Under the pieces are notes generated by a model. It did no database searches. It saw only the letters and a list, made by a program, of their open reading frames with translations, and had not been told where the DNA came from. The translations under genes and the position numbers were made by a program. Of a DNA stretch of 60,297 nucleotides, positions 45,982 to 55,738 are shown one piece after another; position 1 is the first letter of the stretch, and the number at the start of each line of letters is the position of its first letter. Origin of the DNA: a virus (Duplodnaviria; Caudoviricetes); the IMG/VR virus record IMGVR_UViG_3300017941_000009, positions 1-60,297 of that record; one strand, 5' to 3'.

Positions 45982-46905
45982 ATGCCCTCTACCGCAGATT
46001 CGTTCGCGCAGGCCCTGCTCGACTACCGGCGGAAGAGCAGCACGCCCCAGTCGCTGACGGACCTGGAGAACTTCGACCCCACGGCGGCGCTGCAGCAGTA
46101 CGGGGCGGCGGCGACCGGCGACTTCCAGAAGCAGTTCGGCCAGGACGTGACCGACCTGCGGGGTGCCGCGGCCGGCGCGGGACGACTGAAGACCGGCTTC
46201 TACGACCAGGACGTCGGGCGGCTGGCTACCAGCGAGGCGGCACAGGTCACGCGAGACCTCGCGGGCCAGGCGATGAACGCCGCGAGCCTCAAAGCGGGCA
46301 CGCTCGAGAGCGCGACCGGGACCCAGGAAGAGGAGCAGAACCGCTACCTCGACCTCCTCTCGGGCCAGCTCGACCGGGAACAGGCGGCGGCGAACGCGAA
46401 GCAGCAGGGCAAGAGCAGCCTCTTCGGCGCGCTCGGGTCGATCGGCGGCGCCATCGCCGGCGGTCCCATCGGCGCCGCAGCGGGCAAGCTCCTACTCAGC
46501 AGCGAGCGGTTCAAGGACAACATCAAGCCCCTCGAGGGCGCGAGCGAGACCCTGGACCGGCTGCCGGCGAAGCGGTTCACCTACAAGGGCGACGACCAGC
46601 CGCAGGTCGGGGTCATGGCCGAGGACGTCGATCGCGAGCTGCCCGAGGCGTCAGTGCGCGATGAGCAGGGGCGGCCGACGGCGGTGGACTACACGAAGGT
46701 TCTGCCGCTGGTGCTCGAAGCCACGCGCGAGCAGGGCGAGCAGATCCGCCAGCTTCGCGGCGAACTGGACCGGCTGATGGGGGGTGGCCGGCTGGGGGCA
46801 CCGCCGCCGGAGGAGGATGAGGGCATGATGCCGCCACCGCGCCGGCCTGGGATGATGATGGTGGGAGGCGGCCAGGGCCCGATGCCGATGGGAGGGGTGA
46901 ACTGA
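45982..46905 (+). CDS. Ejection/pilot protein with Peptidase S74 (intramolecular chaperone) domain
   Basis: Gly-rich LFGALGSIGGAIAGG segment, then SSERFKDNIKPL...GVMAEDV...VDY and a coiled coil. Confidence 0.8.
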   Translation: MPSTADSFAQALLDYRRKSSTPQSLTDLENFDPTAALQQYGAAATGDFQKQFGQDVTDLRGAAAGAGRLKTGFYDQDVGRLATSEAAQVTRDLAGQAMNAASLKAGTLESATGTQEEEQNRYLDLLSGQLDREQAAANAKQQGKSSLFGALGSIGGAIAGGPIGAAAGKLLLSSERFKDNIKPLEGASETLDRLPAKRFTYKGDDQPQVGVMAEDVDRELPEASVRDEQGRPTAVDYTKVLPLVLEATREQGEQIRQLRGELDRLMGGGRLGAPPPEEDEGMMPPPRRPGMMMVGGGQGPMPMGGVN

Positions 46906-47963
46906 TGCCTTCCCGGTATGGGCCCGGGGTACTCCCTGAGCCGAACTACAGCTTCGCCGACTTTCTCGGCGGCGCGGAGCGCGGCTACGGCTTCGTCCAA
47001 GGGATCGCCGATCGGCGGCGGCAGCGGCAGCAAGAGGATGAGGACCGACGGCGCCAACAGCAGGAACGGGAGGCGGCTGATCGCGCGCGCCCCGGCGCGG
47101 TGGACATCGGCACGTATCTCCAACGGCCCGGCGTGGAGCGTGACCTCAGCCCCCAGACGCTGCACAACATCGGGAGCGCGGGAGTACCCGACGCCACCTC
47201 ACACCTCGAGTTCACCCCAGAAGCGGGGAAGGACCTCTACCAAACAGCGACGGGGCCGGTGGTGAGCCGTGCCGCCGCGCAGGAGCAGTCGCTTGCGCCG
47301 TATCTCAGTCGGATCAAGGCCACCGCTGAGGCACGCTCGGCCTATCCCACGGCGGCCGATCGCGGGGCCGAGGATCGCCGGATAGCGGCAGCCATGAAGG
47401 CGAAGGAAGTGACGACTTCGGCGGCACAGTTCCGCACCCAGTATCCGGATCTCGCTGGCCTCGGTGACGAGCAGGCTGTACGGCTCGGAATGTCCCGGAA
47501 CCAGAGGATCTTCGGCAACGCGAACCCCACGCCGGCGCGGCCACGCGCGGCTGGCGCGGGAGCGACCGAAGCGGACCGGCGCGTCGGCCAGCGTCAGCGT
47601 GAGCGCGATGCGGCGCAGCGCGCCCTGCAGGCCGTCCAGACCGAGGGGGCACGCCTCGGCGCTCCGCGGGCCCCGGCCCCGGACTCGACGGGTCACGCGC
47701 CGGCACCCAGCCCACGGTGGACGGCCTACAAGTCCCGTCTCGACACGGCACAGGCGCGCTTTGATCGCGCGCAGGCGGCGGTAGATGCCGTCCTCAACGG
47801 CGGCGGTGGTCAGGGTGCCAGGCGCGCCGGCGCCGGCCAGAAGACTGCCCAGGCGTGGATTGACGAGGTGGCGGCGGACCCGGCCTGGGCCTCGAAGACC
47901 GACCAGGAGATTCGGGCTGAGGCGCGGCGCCGCGCCCATGCCGCAACGCCCGCGAGGCGGTAG
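46905..47963 (+). CDS. Putative ejection (internal virion) protein
   Basis: Ala/Arg/Gln-rich helical protein between the pilot and the giant protein. Confidence 0.6.
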   Translation: MPSRYGPGVLPEPNYSFADFLGGAERGYGFVQGIADRRRQRQQEDEDRRRQQQEREAADRARPGAVDIGTYLQRPGVERDLSPQTLHNIGSAGVPDATSHLEFTPEAGKDLYQTATGPVVSRAAAQEQSLAPYLSRIKATAEARSAYPTAADRGAEDRRIAAAMKAKEVTTSAAQFRTQYPDLAGLGDEQAVRLGMSRNQRIFGNANPTPARPRAAGAGATEADRRVGQRQRERDAAQRALQAVQTEGARLGAPRAPAPDSTGHAPAPSPRWTAYKSRLDTAQARFDRAQAAVDAVLNGGGGQGARRAGAGQKTAQAWIDEVAADPAWASKTDQEIRAEARRRAHAATPARR

Positions 47964-47965
47964 TC

Positions 47966-50900
47966 GTGCAGGACGGCGTGGGGGTTCCCCAGCAGCCGCA
48001 GGGTGATGACTTCGACCGGGCCGTAGTCCGGCGACGTCGCCCTGCGGCTGCTGCGCCACAGGGAGACGAGTTCGACCAGGCGCCGGTCCACCGTCCCGAG
48101 GCGGTGAGCGACACCACGCCGATCGACCTCAACACCCCCTGGCCGGGTGCTCCCCTCCCCACCGCGAAGCCGCCCGCGCCCCAACCCAACCTCGGGGACT
48201 TCCTCGCACGGAAGGGTCCTACCACTGCCGCCAGCGTCTTCGGGCGCGCGCCGGTAGAGGAAGGGGCAACGAAGGCGCTCGAGGCCGCCGTCGAGCAGTA
48301 CCCCACCCCGCTCCCGACCATCCGGCAGGCACGGACCCGGGCTCACGACACGGGACGGCCTTTCCGGCTGGGGAGTCCCACGGGAGAGGCGACCGTGCGG
48401 CCCGAGACGGAGGTCGATCGCCGCCGCGCAGTGGCGCGCGCGCGTCAGGCGCAGCTCGAGGGATTGACGGAGGAAGAGGCTGCGCATCGGCGCGAGATCG
48501 GTGAGGAGGTGCAAGCTGATCCCCTGGGCATCCCGCGGATCTTCGGGGAGGAGGTACTCCGCCAGACGAAGAAGGGTGTCGGCGACCTGGGGCAGTACCT
48601 CCGCCGGATGTCGATCGCCAGTCAGCCCTCGGACCCCTACGCACGGCGCCCAGAGGGCTCGCCGGTCCTGACCGATGAACAACGAGCCAAGCTGCTCGAG
48701 CCCCTCAATCGGGACATCGAGGAGCGGGAAGCTGAGACGGCGGGGGCAGGTCCGGTGATGCGGCTGGCCCGCACTCAGGTCCCCTTCTTCGCGGCTCTGG
48801 CGCCGCTCGAGCCACTTCTTCCGGCGGTCGAGGCGGCGGCACCCGCCGCTCGTCTGGGTGAGCGGGCGCTGAAGGGCGCGCTCCGCATCGGTCGAACAGG
48901 TGCGGTGGTGGGCGGTGCCTCGGGCCTCACGGAGGCGGCACGTGGTGGCACCCCGGCCCAGGTGGGCGCGGCCGCGGCCGGTGGCTTCGGCGCCGGCGTG
49001 GGGTTCGGGGTGACGGGAGAAGCTCTCGGCTTGGCGCGCGCGGGGTGGGATGCCGCCGTCCAGCGCGCCAAGGAAGCGATGGCGGGCGAGGACGTGGCCC
49101 GCTGGGTCGGCCCTGCGGATCCCTTGGCCCGCGCAGCGACCGGGGACCCTTACGCCACGCTCGGTCTCGATCGGGCAACGGCAACCGCCGAGATGGCGAC
49201 AGCCGCCCGGAACCGGCTGGCGCAGCGGTTCCACCCGGACGTGGCGCCAGACAACCCCCATGCTGGCGCGACGATGTCCGCGGTCAACGCCGCGCATCAG
49301 CTGGTTGTCGAAGACCTCGCGCGGCGTGCGCCGCCCGCCGCGGCTGAAGCCCCTCCGGCGGCTGCCGCCGCGCCGGAACCGCCCCGTCCCGCCCCGACCC
49401 CCGCCGAGCCTGGGGCCCAGGCACCCCCTGCGGCCCCCGCGGCTCCTGTGGCCCCGCCGACGCGCGCGCAGGCCATCGAGCAGGAAATCCAGGCCGCGCT
49501 GCTTCTGCGTGACCACGCCGCGGTCGGGAACGATCCGGCGGGTGTGGCGACGGCTCAGGCCCAGATCAATGCCCTGGCGCACGAGCGGGCGCTGCTCGGA
49601 CTGGCGGGACAGGGGGTCCGGATGCCGGAGCCCGCGCCCGCCGAGCGGCCGGGCCGGGCGCTGCACGACGTCGAGGGACGGCCCATCCCGGGCAGTGAGA
49701 TCCGCCCACCGCTCAAGGCCGGCGAGATCGACCGACCACCGCAGGACGAGTTCGATCAGGCAGAGATCCACCGGCCGAAGGGGTTCGCCAAGGCATCGGA
49801 GGCGATCGCGGCGATGGAGCAGGCCGGCATCGAGATCACGCCCGAGCAGAAGCAGGCGATCACCAGTGTCATCGGCGTGGCCGAGCCCGAGGCGCCGTAC
49901 GGGGCGCCGGCACATCCGACCCTCGTCCCGAGCGAGGCCGTCTCGGTACATCCCCGGGGCTGGGTCCCGCTCGACCATCCCCCGGCCCCCGGCAGCGCCG
50001 AGGAGCTGACGCGCGCCGTCCGTCCATCTCGCCACGTTGTCGGAGAAGATGAAGCGCGTTACGGTGAACGGCCTGACGCGGATGCAGGACGAGGAGGCCC
50101 CCTACGGGAGCCCGCCGCAGGAGAGGGACCTGTTCCGGCTGGACGGGGAGAGGGCGCCGTACCTGAGCCTGGCGCTGGAGCCGGACGACCCCCCAAGGAA
50201 GATCAGGCCGAACTCCCGCTGACGGGCGAGGAGCGGGTGAAGCGCGCCAGCGGGCCCGGCGCGCCGCCGCTCACGCCGGAGCAGGGGGACCTCCTCCGCA
50301 AGCCTCCGACCGCAGGGTCGGCCGACGCGATCGACATCAGCAAGCTTGCCCTCCCGCTGCCGGCCGAGGAGAAGGGCGGCATCCGGTCCGGCTTGCGCGC
50401 CTTGGTGCGCGCCATCACGCTCGGGGTCAATCCGGAGTGGGGCGGTCCCGCCGCGCGCGCGACGGCCGACACCTTCCGGGCCCGCAAGGCGGAGATGTTC
50501 CGGTCGTGGTCTATCCTCAAGACCAACATGGAGCGGGTGGACCGCGTGGTAGCCGCGCTGCCGCGGAGGCAACAGCTCGCGGCTTGGGCCGCGTTCGAGG
50601 CAGGCAAGCCCACCGGGATCAAGGCGCTCGATGCCCCCGAAGGGCTGCCGACGCTCCGGCGCATCAGCGATGCGGCGACGGCGGGCTTGGTGGCGCGGGA
50701 TGAATTGAAGGCCGAAGCCCTCATCGAGAACTGGGTGGGGCGCTACTGGCAGGTGGACCCCGAAGCGGCGCGCGGGCTCGAGGGTATCCTCCAGGGCCGG
50801 CGACCGCTGGCGGGGCCCCGGACCTACCGCAAGCAGCGCACGTGGCCGCGCCTCATCGATGGCCTACAGGCGATCAACGACGCGCAGGCGCGCCTCGCCT

Positions 50901-52948
50901 CCGGCGCGCCGGATGAGGGCGATGCGCGGCTGTCGGGCTTCAAGCCGCTGACCTACAACGTCGTCCGCAGCCTGATGAGCAAGATCGAGGAGATGCTGCG
51001 CGCCACGGCGGCGCACGACATCATCGTGGACGAGATGACCGCGCAGCGCGCGCAGTGGGTCGGGGTGAACGATGACCCGCCGCTCGACGCGAACGGCGAG
51101 CCGTGGGGCAAGGTGGATCCCGAAGGGCGGGATCCGTCGTTCACGAAGTACGGCCCGCGCTCGCTCGGCAAGCAGGGCGAGGTCTACGTCCCGGGGCGCA
51201 TCACGCTCGGCCATCTGTACGCCCCGAAGCAGTCGCTCGCCATCTGGCGTGGCGCTCTCTCGAAGGGGATCCGCGGCGACCCGATCTTCGGGCCGTTCTA
51301 CGAAGCCTACATGGCGCTCGGCAACATGACGACGCAGATCCTGCTCGGCTTCTCCGGCTTCCACGCGGGCACGATCTCGCGCGAGGCCGTGAACGCCTCG
51401 CTCGAGCTGTCGATGTCGGCGGCGCTGGACAAGCGCGCGGGCGCAATCCCGGAGCATCTCGCGCACGCGGTCGGGGCGCCGGCGTTCGACTTTATGATGG
51501 GGCGGCGGATCCTCCAGCAGTACCAGAACCCCGGCGTGCATCCGGAACTCGAGCCCGTGCTGAAGGCGATGATGGCGGGCGGCTACCGCGGCACCGCGGA
51601 GAACGAGTGGTACACAGGCGAGCGGCTGCAGAAGCTGAAGGACGCCTTCCACGAGGCGGTGGAGAAGGAGAACCCCGGCGGCCGGCGCCTGTGGAACGGC
51701 ATCAAGGTCGGGCCGGACCTCCTGTTCGCCGGGGTGGAGTTGCAGGTGATGCCGCTGATGCGGTACTACGTCCCGAACCTGAAGGCGGCGGCCGCCTATC
51801 GCGCGGTCGTGGACGAGATGGCGAAGCTGCCGCCCGGGTATGATCGCGCGCTGTTCCGCGCGCGGATGGCCAAGGTCATCAAGGAGATGGACTATCGATA
51901 TGGGCAGGTGAATTACGATTCGTACTTCATGCCCAAACTCGTGAAGGACTTGGCGCACGCCTTCTTCCTCGCCCCTGGGTGGACAGCGGGCGGCGCCACG
52001 CTGCTCGCGAAGGGCGTCGGACAGGTGCCCTACCGCCTCGCGCGGCGGCTGTTCGGGAAGGACAAGAAGCTCGACGAAGAGGTCGTCGGCCGCACCGCGC
52101 GCTACGTCCTGGCGAGCGTGGTCTTCTTCATGGTGGTGAACGGGATCCTGACCTACCTCCACACGGGCGAGCAGCCCGAGGGGAAGGACTTCTGGTTCCC
52201 GCGGGACGGCACCAGTGATCCAGACGGTAACGCGAATCGCTATGCGATCCCCGGGTACGAGGCCCGTGACTGGTACGACTGGGGCATCGCGCCGGCGCGT
52301 GATGTCGCGCAGGGAAAGCCGTTCAAGGCTGTCAGTCGCATCACGCGGACGCTGATGAACAAGAGCAAGCCAATCCTCGGTGACTTCTTCCGGCTCGCCG
52401 AGAACCGGGACTACTTCGGCAATATGTACTACGACCCCGACCACCCGACGGTGGGCCAAGTGGCCAAGGCGGTGGGCGGCGAGCTCGCGAGTCCGATCAC
52501 GCTTCGCAACGTCCAAGAGCAGATGCGGCGGGCGAAGTCTGGCCAGGCGACCATCGGTGGCGTAGCGCGAAGTTTCATCGGCGTGGCTCCCGTGAAGAAG
52601 GATATTCAGCGCACTGAGGCGCAGAACCTCATGGCCGAGTACCTCGGGCGACGGGGTCGCACGACGCTCACTCCAGAACAACGGGAGAGAAGTCGCGCGC
52701 GCGCTGACACCGTGGCGATGTTGCGTCGAGGTGAGGATGTTGAGGCTTCGTCCGCACTGGAGCGGAGGGCGGCGCGTTCGCGTCTTGAGTCCGGGTTCTT
52801 GATTCTTCCGCTCGACCAAAAGGAAGCCGTCTATGCTGCTGGTGAGCCGTGGGAGAAGGAAGTGTGGCTCCCCCTGCTTGAGGATGCTCGGGCCCGGGAG
52901 GAGGGCGGTCGGGCGCCTCGCCGGCGTGCGGTGCGGAGGCGCCGGTGA
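47966..52948 (+). CDS. Giant ejection / DNA-transfer protein with an internal J-domain
   Basis: 1660 aa; Gly/Ala membrane-like segment; DPYATLGL...RFHPD...VNAAH at about 49145..49306; C-terminal helical region with ENRDYFG. Confidence 0.75.
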   Translation: MQDGVGVPQQPQGDDFDRAVVRRRRPAAAAPQGDEFDQAPVHRPEAVSDTTPIDLNTPWPGAPLPTAKPPAPQPNLGDFLARKGPTTAASVFGRAPVEEGATKALEAAVEQYPTPLPTIRQARTRAHDTGRPFRLGSPTGEATVRPETEVDRRRAVARARQAQLEGLTEEEAAHRREIGEEVQADPLGIPRIFGEEVLRQTKKGVGDLGQYLRRMSIASQPSDPYARRPEGSPVLTDEQRAKLLEPLNRDIEEREAETAGAGPVMRLARTQVPFFAALAPLEPLLPAVEAAAPAARLGERALKGALRIGRTGAVVGGASGLTEAARGGTPAQVGAAAAGGFGAGVGFGVTGEALGLARAGWDAAVQRAKEAMAGEDVARWVGPADPLARAATGDPYATLGLDRATATAEMATAARNRLAQRFHPDVAPDNPHAGATMSAVNAAHQLVVEDLARRAPPAAAEAPPAAAAAPEPPRPAPTPAEPGAQAPPAAPAAPVAPPTRAQAIEQEIQAALLLRDHAAVGNDPAGVATAQAQINALAHERALLGLAGQGVRMPEPAPAERPGRALHDVEGRPIPGSEIRPPLKAGEIDRPPQDEFDQAEIHRPKGFAKASEAIAAMEQAGIEITPEQKQAITSVIGVAEPEAPYGAPAHPTLVPSEAVSVHPRGWVPLDHPPAPGSAEELTRAVRPSRHVVGEDEARYGERPDADAGRGGPLREPAAGEGPVPAGRGEGAVPEPGAGAGRPPKEDQAELPLTGEERVKRASGPGAPPLTPEQGDLLRKPPTAGSADAIDISKLALPLPAEEKGGIRSGLRALVRAITLGVNPEWGGPAARATADTFRARKAEMFRSWSILKTNMERVDRVVAALPRRQQLAAWAAFEAGKPTGIKALDAPEGLPTLRRISDAATAGLVARDELKAEALIENWVGRYWQVDPEAARGLEGILQGRRPLAGPRTYRKQRTWPRLIDGLQAINDAQARLASGAPDEGDARLSGFKPLTYNVVRSLMSKIEEMLRATAAHDIIVDEMTAQRAQWVGVNDDPPLDANGEPWGKVDPEGRDPSFTKYGPRSLGKQGEVYVPGRITLGHLYAPKQSLAIWRGALSKGIRGDPIFGPFYEAYMALGNMTTQILLGFSGFHAGTISREAVNASLELSMSAALDKRAGAIPEHLAHAVGAPAFDFMMGRRILQQYQNPGVHPELEPVLKAMMAGGYRGTAENEWYTGERLQKLKDAFHEAVEKENPGGRRLWNGIKVGPDLLFAGVELQVMPLMRYYVPNLKAAAAYRAVVDEMAKLPPGYDRALFRARMAKVIKEMDYRYGQVNYDSYFMPKLVKDLAHAFFLAPGWTAGGATLLAKGVGQVPYRLARRLFGKDKKLDEEVVGRTARYVLASVVFFMVVNGILTYLHTGEQPEGKDFWFPRDGTSDPDGNANRYAIPGYEARDWYDWGIAPARDVAQGKPFKAVSRITRTLMNKSKPILGDFFRLAENRDYFGNMYYDPDHPTVGQVAKAVGGELASPITLRNVQEQMRRAKSGQATIGGVARSFIGVAPVKKDIQRTEAQNLMAEYLGRRGRTTLTPEQRERSRARADTVAMLRRGEDVEASSALERRAARSRLESGFLILPLDQKEAVYAAGEPWEKEVWLPLLEDARAREEGGRAPRRRAVRRRR

Positions 52949-53706
52949 GCGTCCCGATGCGACCGTTTACCTTCGCGGACGCCCTACGGCGCGCCCGGCC
53001 TGCGGCACAGGACGATACGGCCGTAGGGATCCAGCATCCCCGGGCACTCTCGAGGTTCGGCACCGGCGTACTGGCCGATCAACTTGACAACGTGCTGAGC
53101 CCCACGCCCAAGACCCCTGCGGTCATCGAACCCCGCGGCGGCGACTTCCCGAGTGCCTACCGCTTCGAGTTGAATCAGGAAGTCCCGGCGGGAGCGTATC
53201 GGCGGCACCCGGGCCGAATCCTCCAAGAGGGCGACTTCGGCAACGCCGGCCTTGATCCTATCGCGTTTCAGGAGGTCGAGCGACTGCATCCCGGATGGAC
53301 GGAATCAGCGATGCCCGCGGGGATCCCAGGCGAGGCAGTCGATGCCCCTGCCTCGTACGGCCCCCGTGCGACCCCTGTCGCGAAGGCACGGAACGCGAAC
53401 GTGGCACGTTCGGTCTATGCTGATATCTGGAACGAGTCGGGGGCAGGCACGCTACCAGAGCCACTCGCGACGATTCACTACGATGCGGCGGTCCAGCACG
53501 GGCCTGCGGTGGCGCTCCAGCTCCTTCGCCAGAGTGGGGGAGACCCGGCGACCTACGTGGACCTGCGCGAGGCACGCTACCGGGCCGACATGACTGCGCC
53601 GAACGCCAACAGTCCACGGGGATACTTCAGGGAGAAGCCCGCCAATCAGCGCGGCTGGGTGGAGCAGCGCATCCCGGCGTTGCGCAAGATTGCGAGGCGT
53701 CGGTGA
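52945..53706 (+). CDS. GH108-like lysozyme-domain protein (likely virion-associated)
   Basis: VYADIW...LPEPLATIHYDAAVQHGPAVALQLL...RGW..R. Confidence 0.6.
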   Translation: MSVPMRPFTFADALRRARPAAQDDTAVGIQHPRALSRFGTGVLADQLDNVLSPTPKTPAVIEPRGGDFPSAYRFELNQEVPAGAYRRHPGRILQEGDFGNAGLDPIAFQEVERLHPGWTESAMPAGIPGEAVDAPASYGPRATPVAKARNANVARSVYADIWNESGAGTLPEPLATIHYDAAVQHGPAVALQLLRQSGGDPATYVDLREARYRADMTAPNANSPRGYFREKPANQRGWVEQRIPALRKIARRR

Positions 53707-55052
53707 GCCGCGGCCCGAAGGTCATCGTGGTCACCGAGACGTGGGACGGGCTCGGGTTGGCGATGCTGATGGAGCGCCAGGGCACGGAGGTCCTCGTGGC
53801 GCACGACATCAGCGACCTCAAGGATCCCAAGGACCACGATGCGGCGAAGGTCTGCGGCGAGGGGCTGGTCGAGCGGATGCCCTACGAGAAGGCGGTCAAG
53901 CAGTACAAGGGTGCCGAGGCGATCTGGCTCTTCGACAACAACAGCTTCCCCGAGAAGGCTGATGCGCTGCGCAAGGCCGGCGAGCAGGTGCTCGGCACCG
54001 GGGCGCTCTCGGCGAAGATGGAGAAGGACCGCGCCTACGCCGTCGAGGTGGCCGAGGAGGCGGGGTTCGCCCTGCCGGACTCCCAGGAGTTCTCGGATGT
54101 CGCCAAGGCGGTGGCGTACCTCGAGGCCCACCAGGACACCGCCTACGTCTGCAAGGCGCAGGGCGGGGATGCGGATCTGACGTTCGTGCCGATGCCGAGC
54201 GACCGGGATGCGGTGGCCAACGAGATGCTGCGCGGCTACCTCGCGGCGCTCGAGGAGGCGGCGGAGGGTGACCGGCCGAAGACGTTCCTGCTCCAGGAGC
54301 GGATCAGCGGGGGCATCGAGGTCAACGTCGACCTGTGGATCCACCGCGGGAAGCCGCTCGTGGCGTTCGTGGATCTCGAGGCGAAGCGGCGGCTGAACGG
54401 AGACTTGGGCGAGCTGGTGGGGTGCGGGTTCGACTACCTGTTCCAGGTGCCGATCCTGTCGCCGCTCGTGCGGAAGACGGCGGGCCGGTTCCTCGGTCGG
54501 CCGGAGCTGCGCAACTACACCGGGTCGGTGGACGCGAACGTCATCCTCAAGGATGGCAAGGCGTACTGGCTCGAGGCGTGCAACCGCCTCGGCTACAACG
54601 CCACGCCGACGCTGTTCTACGGTCTGGCCAGCGCGACGATGGAGCGGATCCTCGCCGCGTGGCTCTCGGGGAAGCTGATCAGTCCGCTCTTCCAGCGCGG
54701 GTACGCGGCGAGCCTCTCGCTCTTCGCGAGCGAGCACCAGGCGGGGTTCCCCATCATCGTGCCGCAGAGTGCCGCGGCGCACTTCTGTCCCTACGCGGCG
54801 CGCGAGGGGCAGGATGGGAATCTGGCGATGGTGGGCGGCGGGAAGGCGTGGTACGCCGTAGGAGCGACCGTAGCATACGCACCAGCCGCTCCTGGTGCGG
54901 GACGGCGCGCGCTCGCGGTGGCGCGGGAAATAGTGTATCCGAATAAGGGCTTCAGGACAGATGGACCTGACGATGACGTGCCAACTCTACCGTTGGCGAG
55001 GTTGAGGCGACTTCAGGCCATCGGATTGCTCCCTCGAGGAGCCATCCGATGA
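53703..55052 (+). CDS. PurD-like ATP-grasp amide ligase
   Basis: MEKDRAYA...YVCKAQG, LLQERISGGIE, EAKRRLNGDLGELVGCG and YTGSVDANVIL...LEACNRLG are colinear with GAR synthetase motifs but divergent. Confidence 0.85.
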   Translation: MSRGPKVIVVTETWDGLGLAMLMERQGTEVLVAHDISDLKDPKDHDAAKVCGEGLVERMPYEKAVKQYKGAEAIWLFDNNSFPEKADALRKAGEQVLGTGALSAKMEKDRAYAVEVAEEAGFALPDSQEFSDVAKAVAYLEAHQDTAYVCKAQGGDADLTFVPMPSDRDAVANEMLRGYLAALEEAAEGDRPKTFLLQERISGGIEVNVDLWIHRGKPLVAFVDLEAKRRLNGDLGELVGCGFDYLFQVPILSPLVRKTAGRFLGRPELRNYTGSVDANVILKDGKAYWLEACNRLGYNATPTLFYGLASATMERILAAWLSGKLISPLFQRGYAASLSLFASEHQAGFPIIVPQSAAAHFCPYAAREGQDGNLAMVGGGKAWYAVGATVAYAPAAPGAGRRALAVAREIVYPNKGFRTDGPDDDVPTLPLARLRRLQAIGLLPRGAIR

Positions 55053-55693
55053 TCTGCGAGACGCACGCTCCGTGCGATGGCGGCGGACAAGGTCAATCCG
55101 TAGACGCGGTAACCCTTGTACAGTCGGTGATAGGGTACACCAAGGTGCTCTGCCAACCCTGCGATCGTCCATCGCGCCCCCTTCCAGCGGACTATGATGT
55201 TCGATCGCATATTCCGCATCTGAGTGACTTTGGATGCCCACTGACAATTCCCCGGCCCGTATGGCCCGCTGTTGTCGATGCGGTCCAGTGTGAAGGTCGG
55301 GGGACAGGGACCCATATCAGCGGCGAAGCGCGCGAAGTCGTGCCGCCACTCAGCGGCGACCACAATGCCGCGTGCGCCGTAGAAGGGATATTGCCTGGTG
55401 TTGGGATTGTGGCATCTGCGCTTGGCAGCGCACCACGCCCGGTACTCTCTCGTCGTGGTGCTGTGGCGAGTGGCCCCGTGAGTTGTGTGCGTCAAACTCC
55501 GGGCCTCGGCCTCCAGGCACCCGCAGCTTCTCGTGGCTCCGCGTCTGAGGTTCCCCGGGTAGACCACCTTCGTCCCGCCACAGTCACAGCGGCAGCGCCA
55601 GAGAACCTTGGGGCCAGTCTTGGTGACGCGGCGCACCACCGAGATGGCAACCAGTCGGCCGAAACGCTGTCCGGCAATGTCAATCAGTATCAT
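55013..55693 (-). CDS. Free-standing HNH homing-endonuclease-like protein
   Basis: DIAGQRFGRL...WRCRCDCG...SCGC...YGARGI...TLDRIDNSGPYGPGNCQWA...Q.RN; opposite strand to all neighbours. Confidence 0.9.
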   Translation of the reverse strand: MILIDIAGQRFGRLVAISVVRRVTKTGPKVLWRCRCDCGGTKVVYPGNLRRGATRSCGCLEAEARSLTHTTHGATRHSTTTREYRAWCAAKRRCHNPNTRQYPFYGARGIVVAAEWRHDFARFAADMGPCPPTFTLDRIDNSGPYGPGNCQWASKVTQMRNMRSNIIVRWKGARWTIAGLAEHLGVPYHRLYKGYRVYGLTLSAAIARSVRLADHRMAPRGSNPMA

Positions 55694-55738
55694 CGGGTAA
55701 AAGTAATGCCAACAGCCGGGTTGCGCCAGAACTATCTT

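Noticed and set aside
53703-55052. Calling the ATP-grasp gene purD (auxiliary metabolic gene)
   Set aside because: PurD signature motifs are altered and the context is virion/lysis, so no gene symbol was assigned.
55013-55738. Group I intron or intein housing the HNH
   Set aside because: The HNH is antisense, the upstream gene is complete with its own stop, and there is no room for a ribozyme core or any intein motif.
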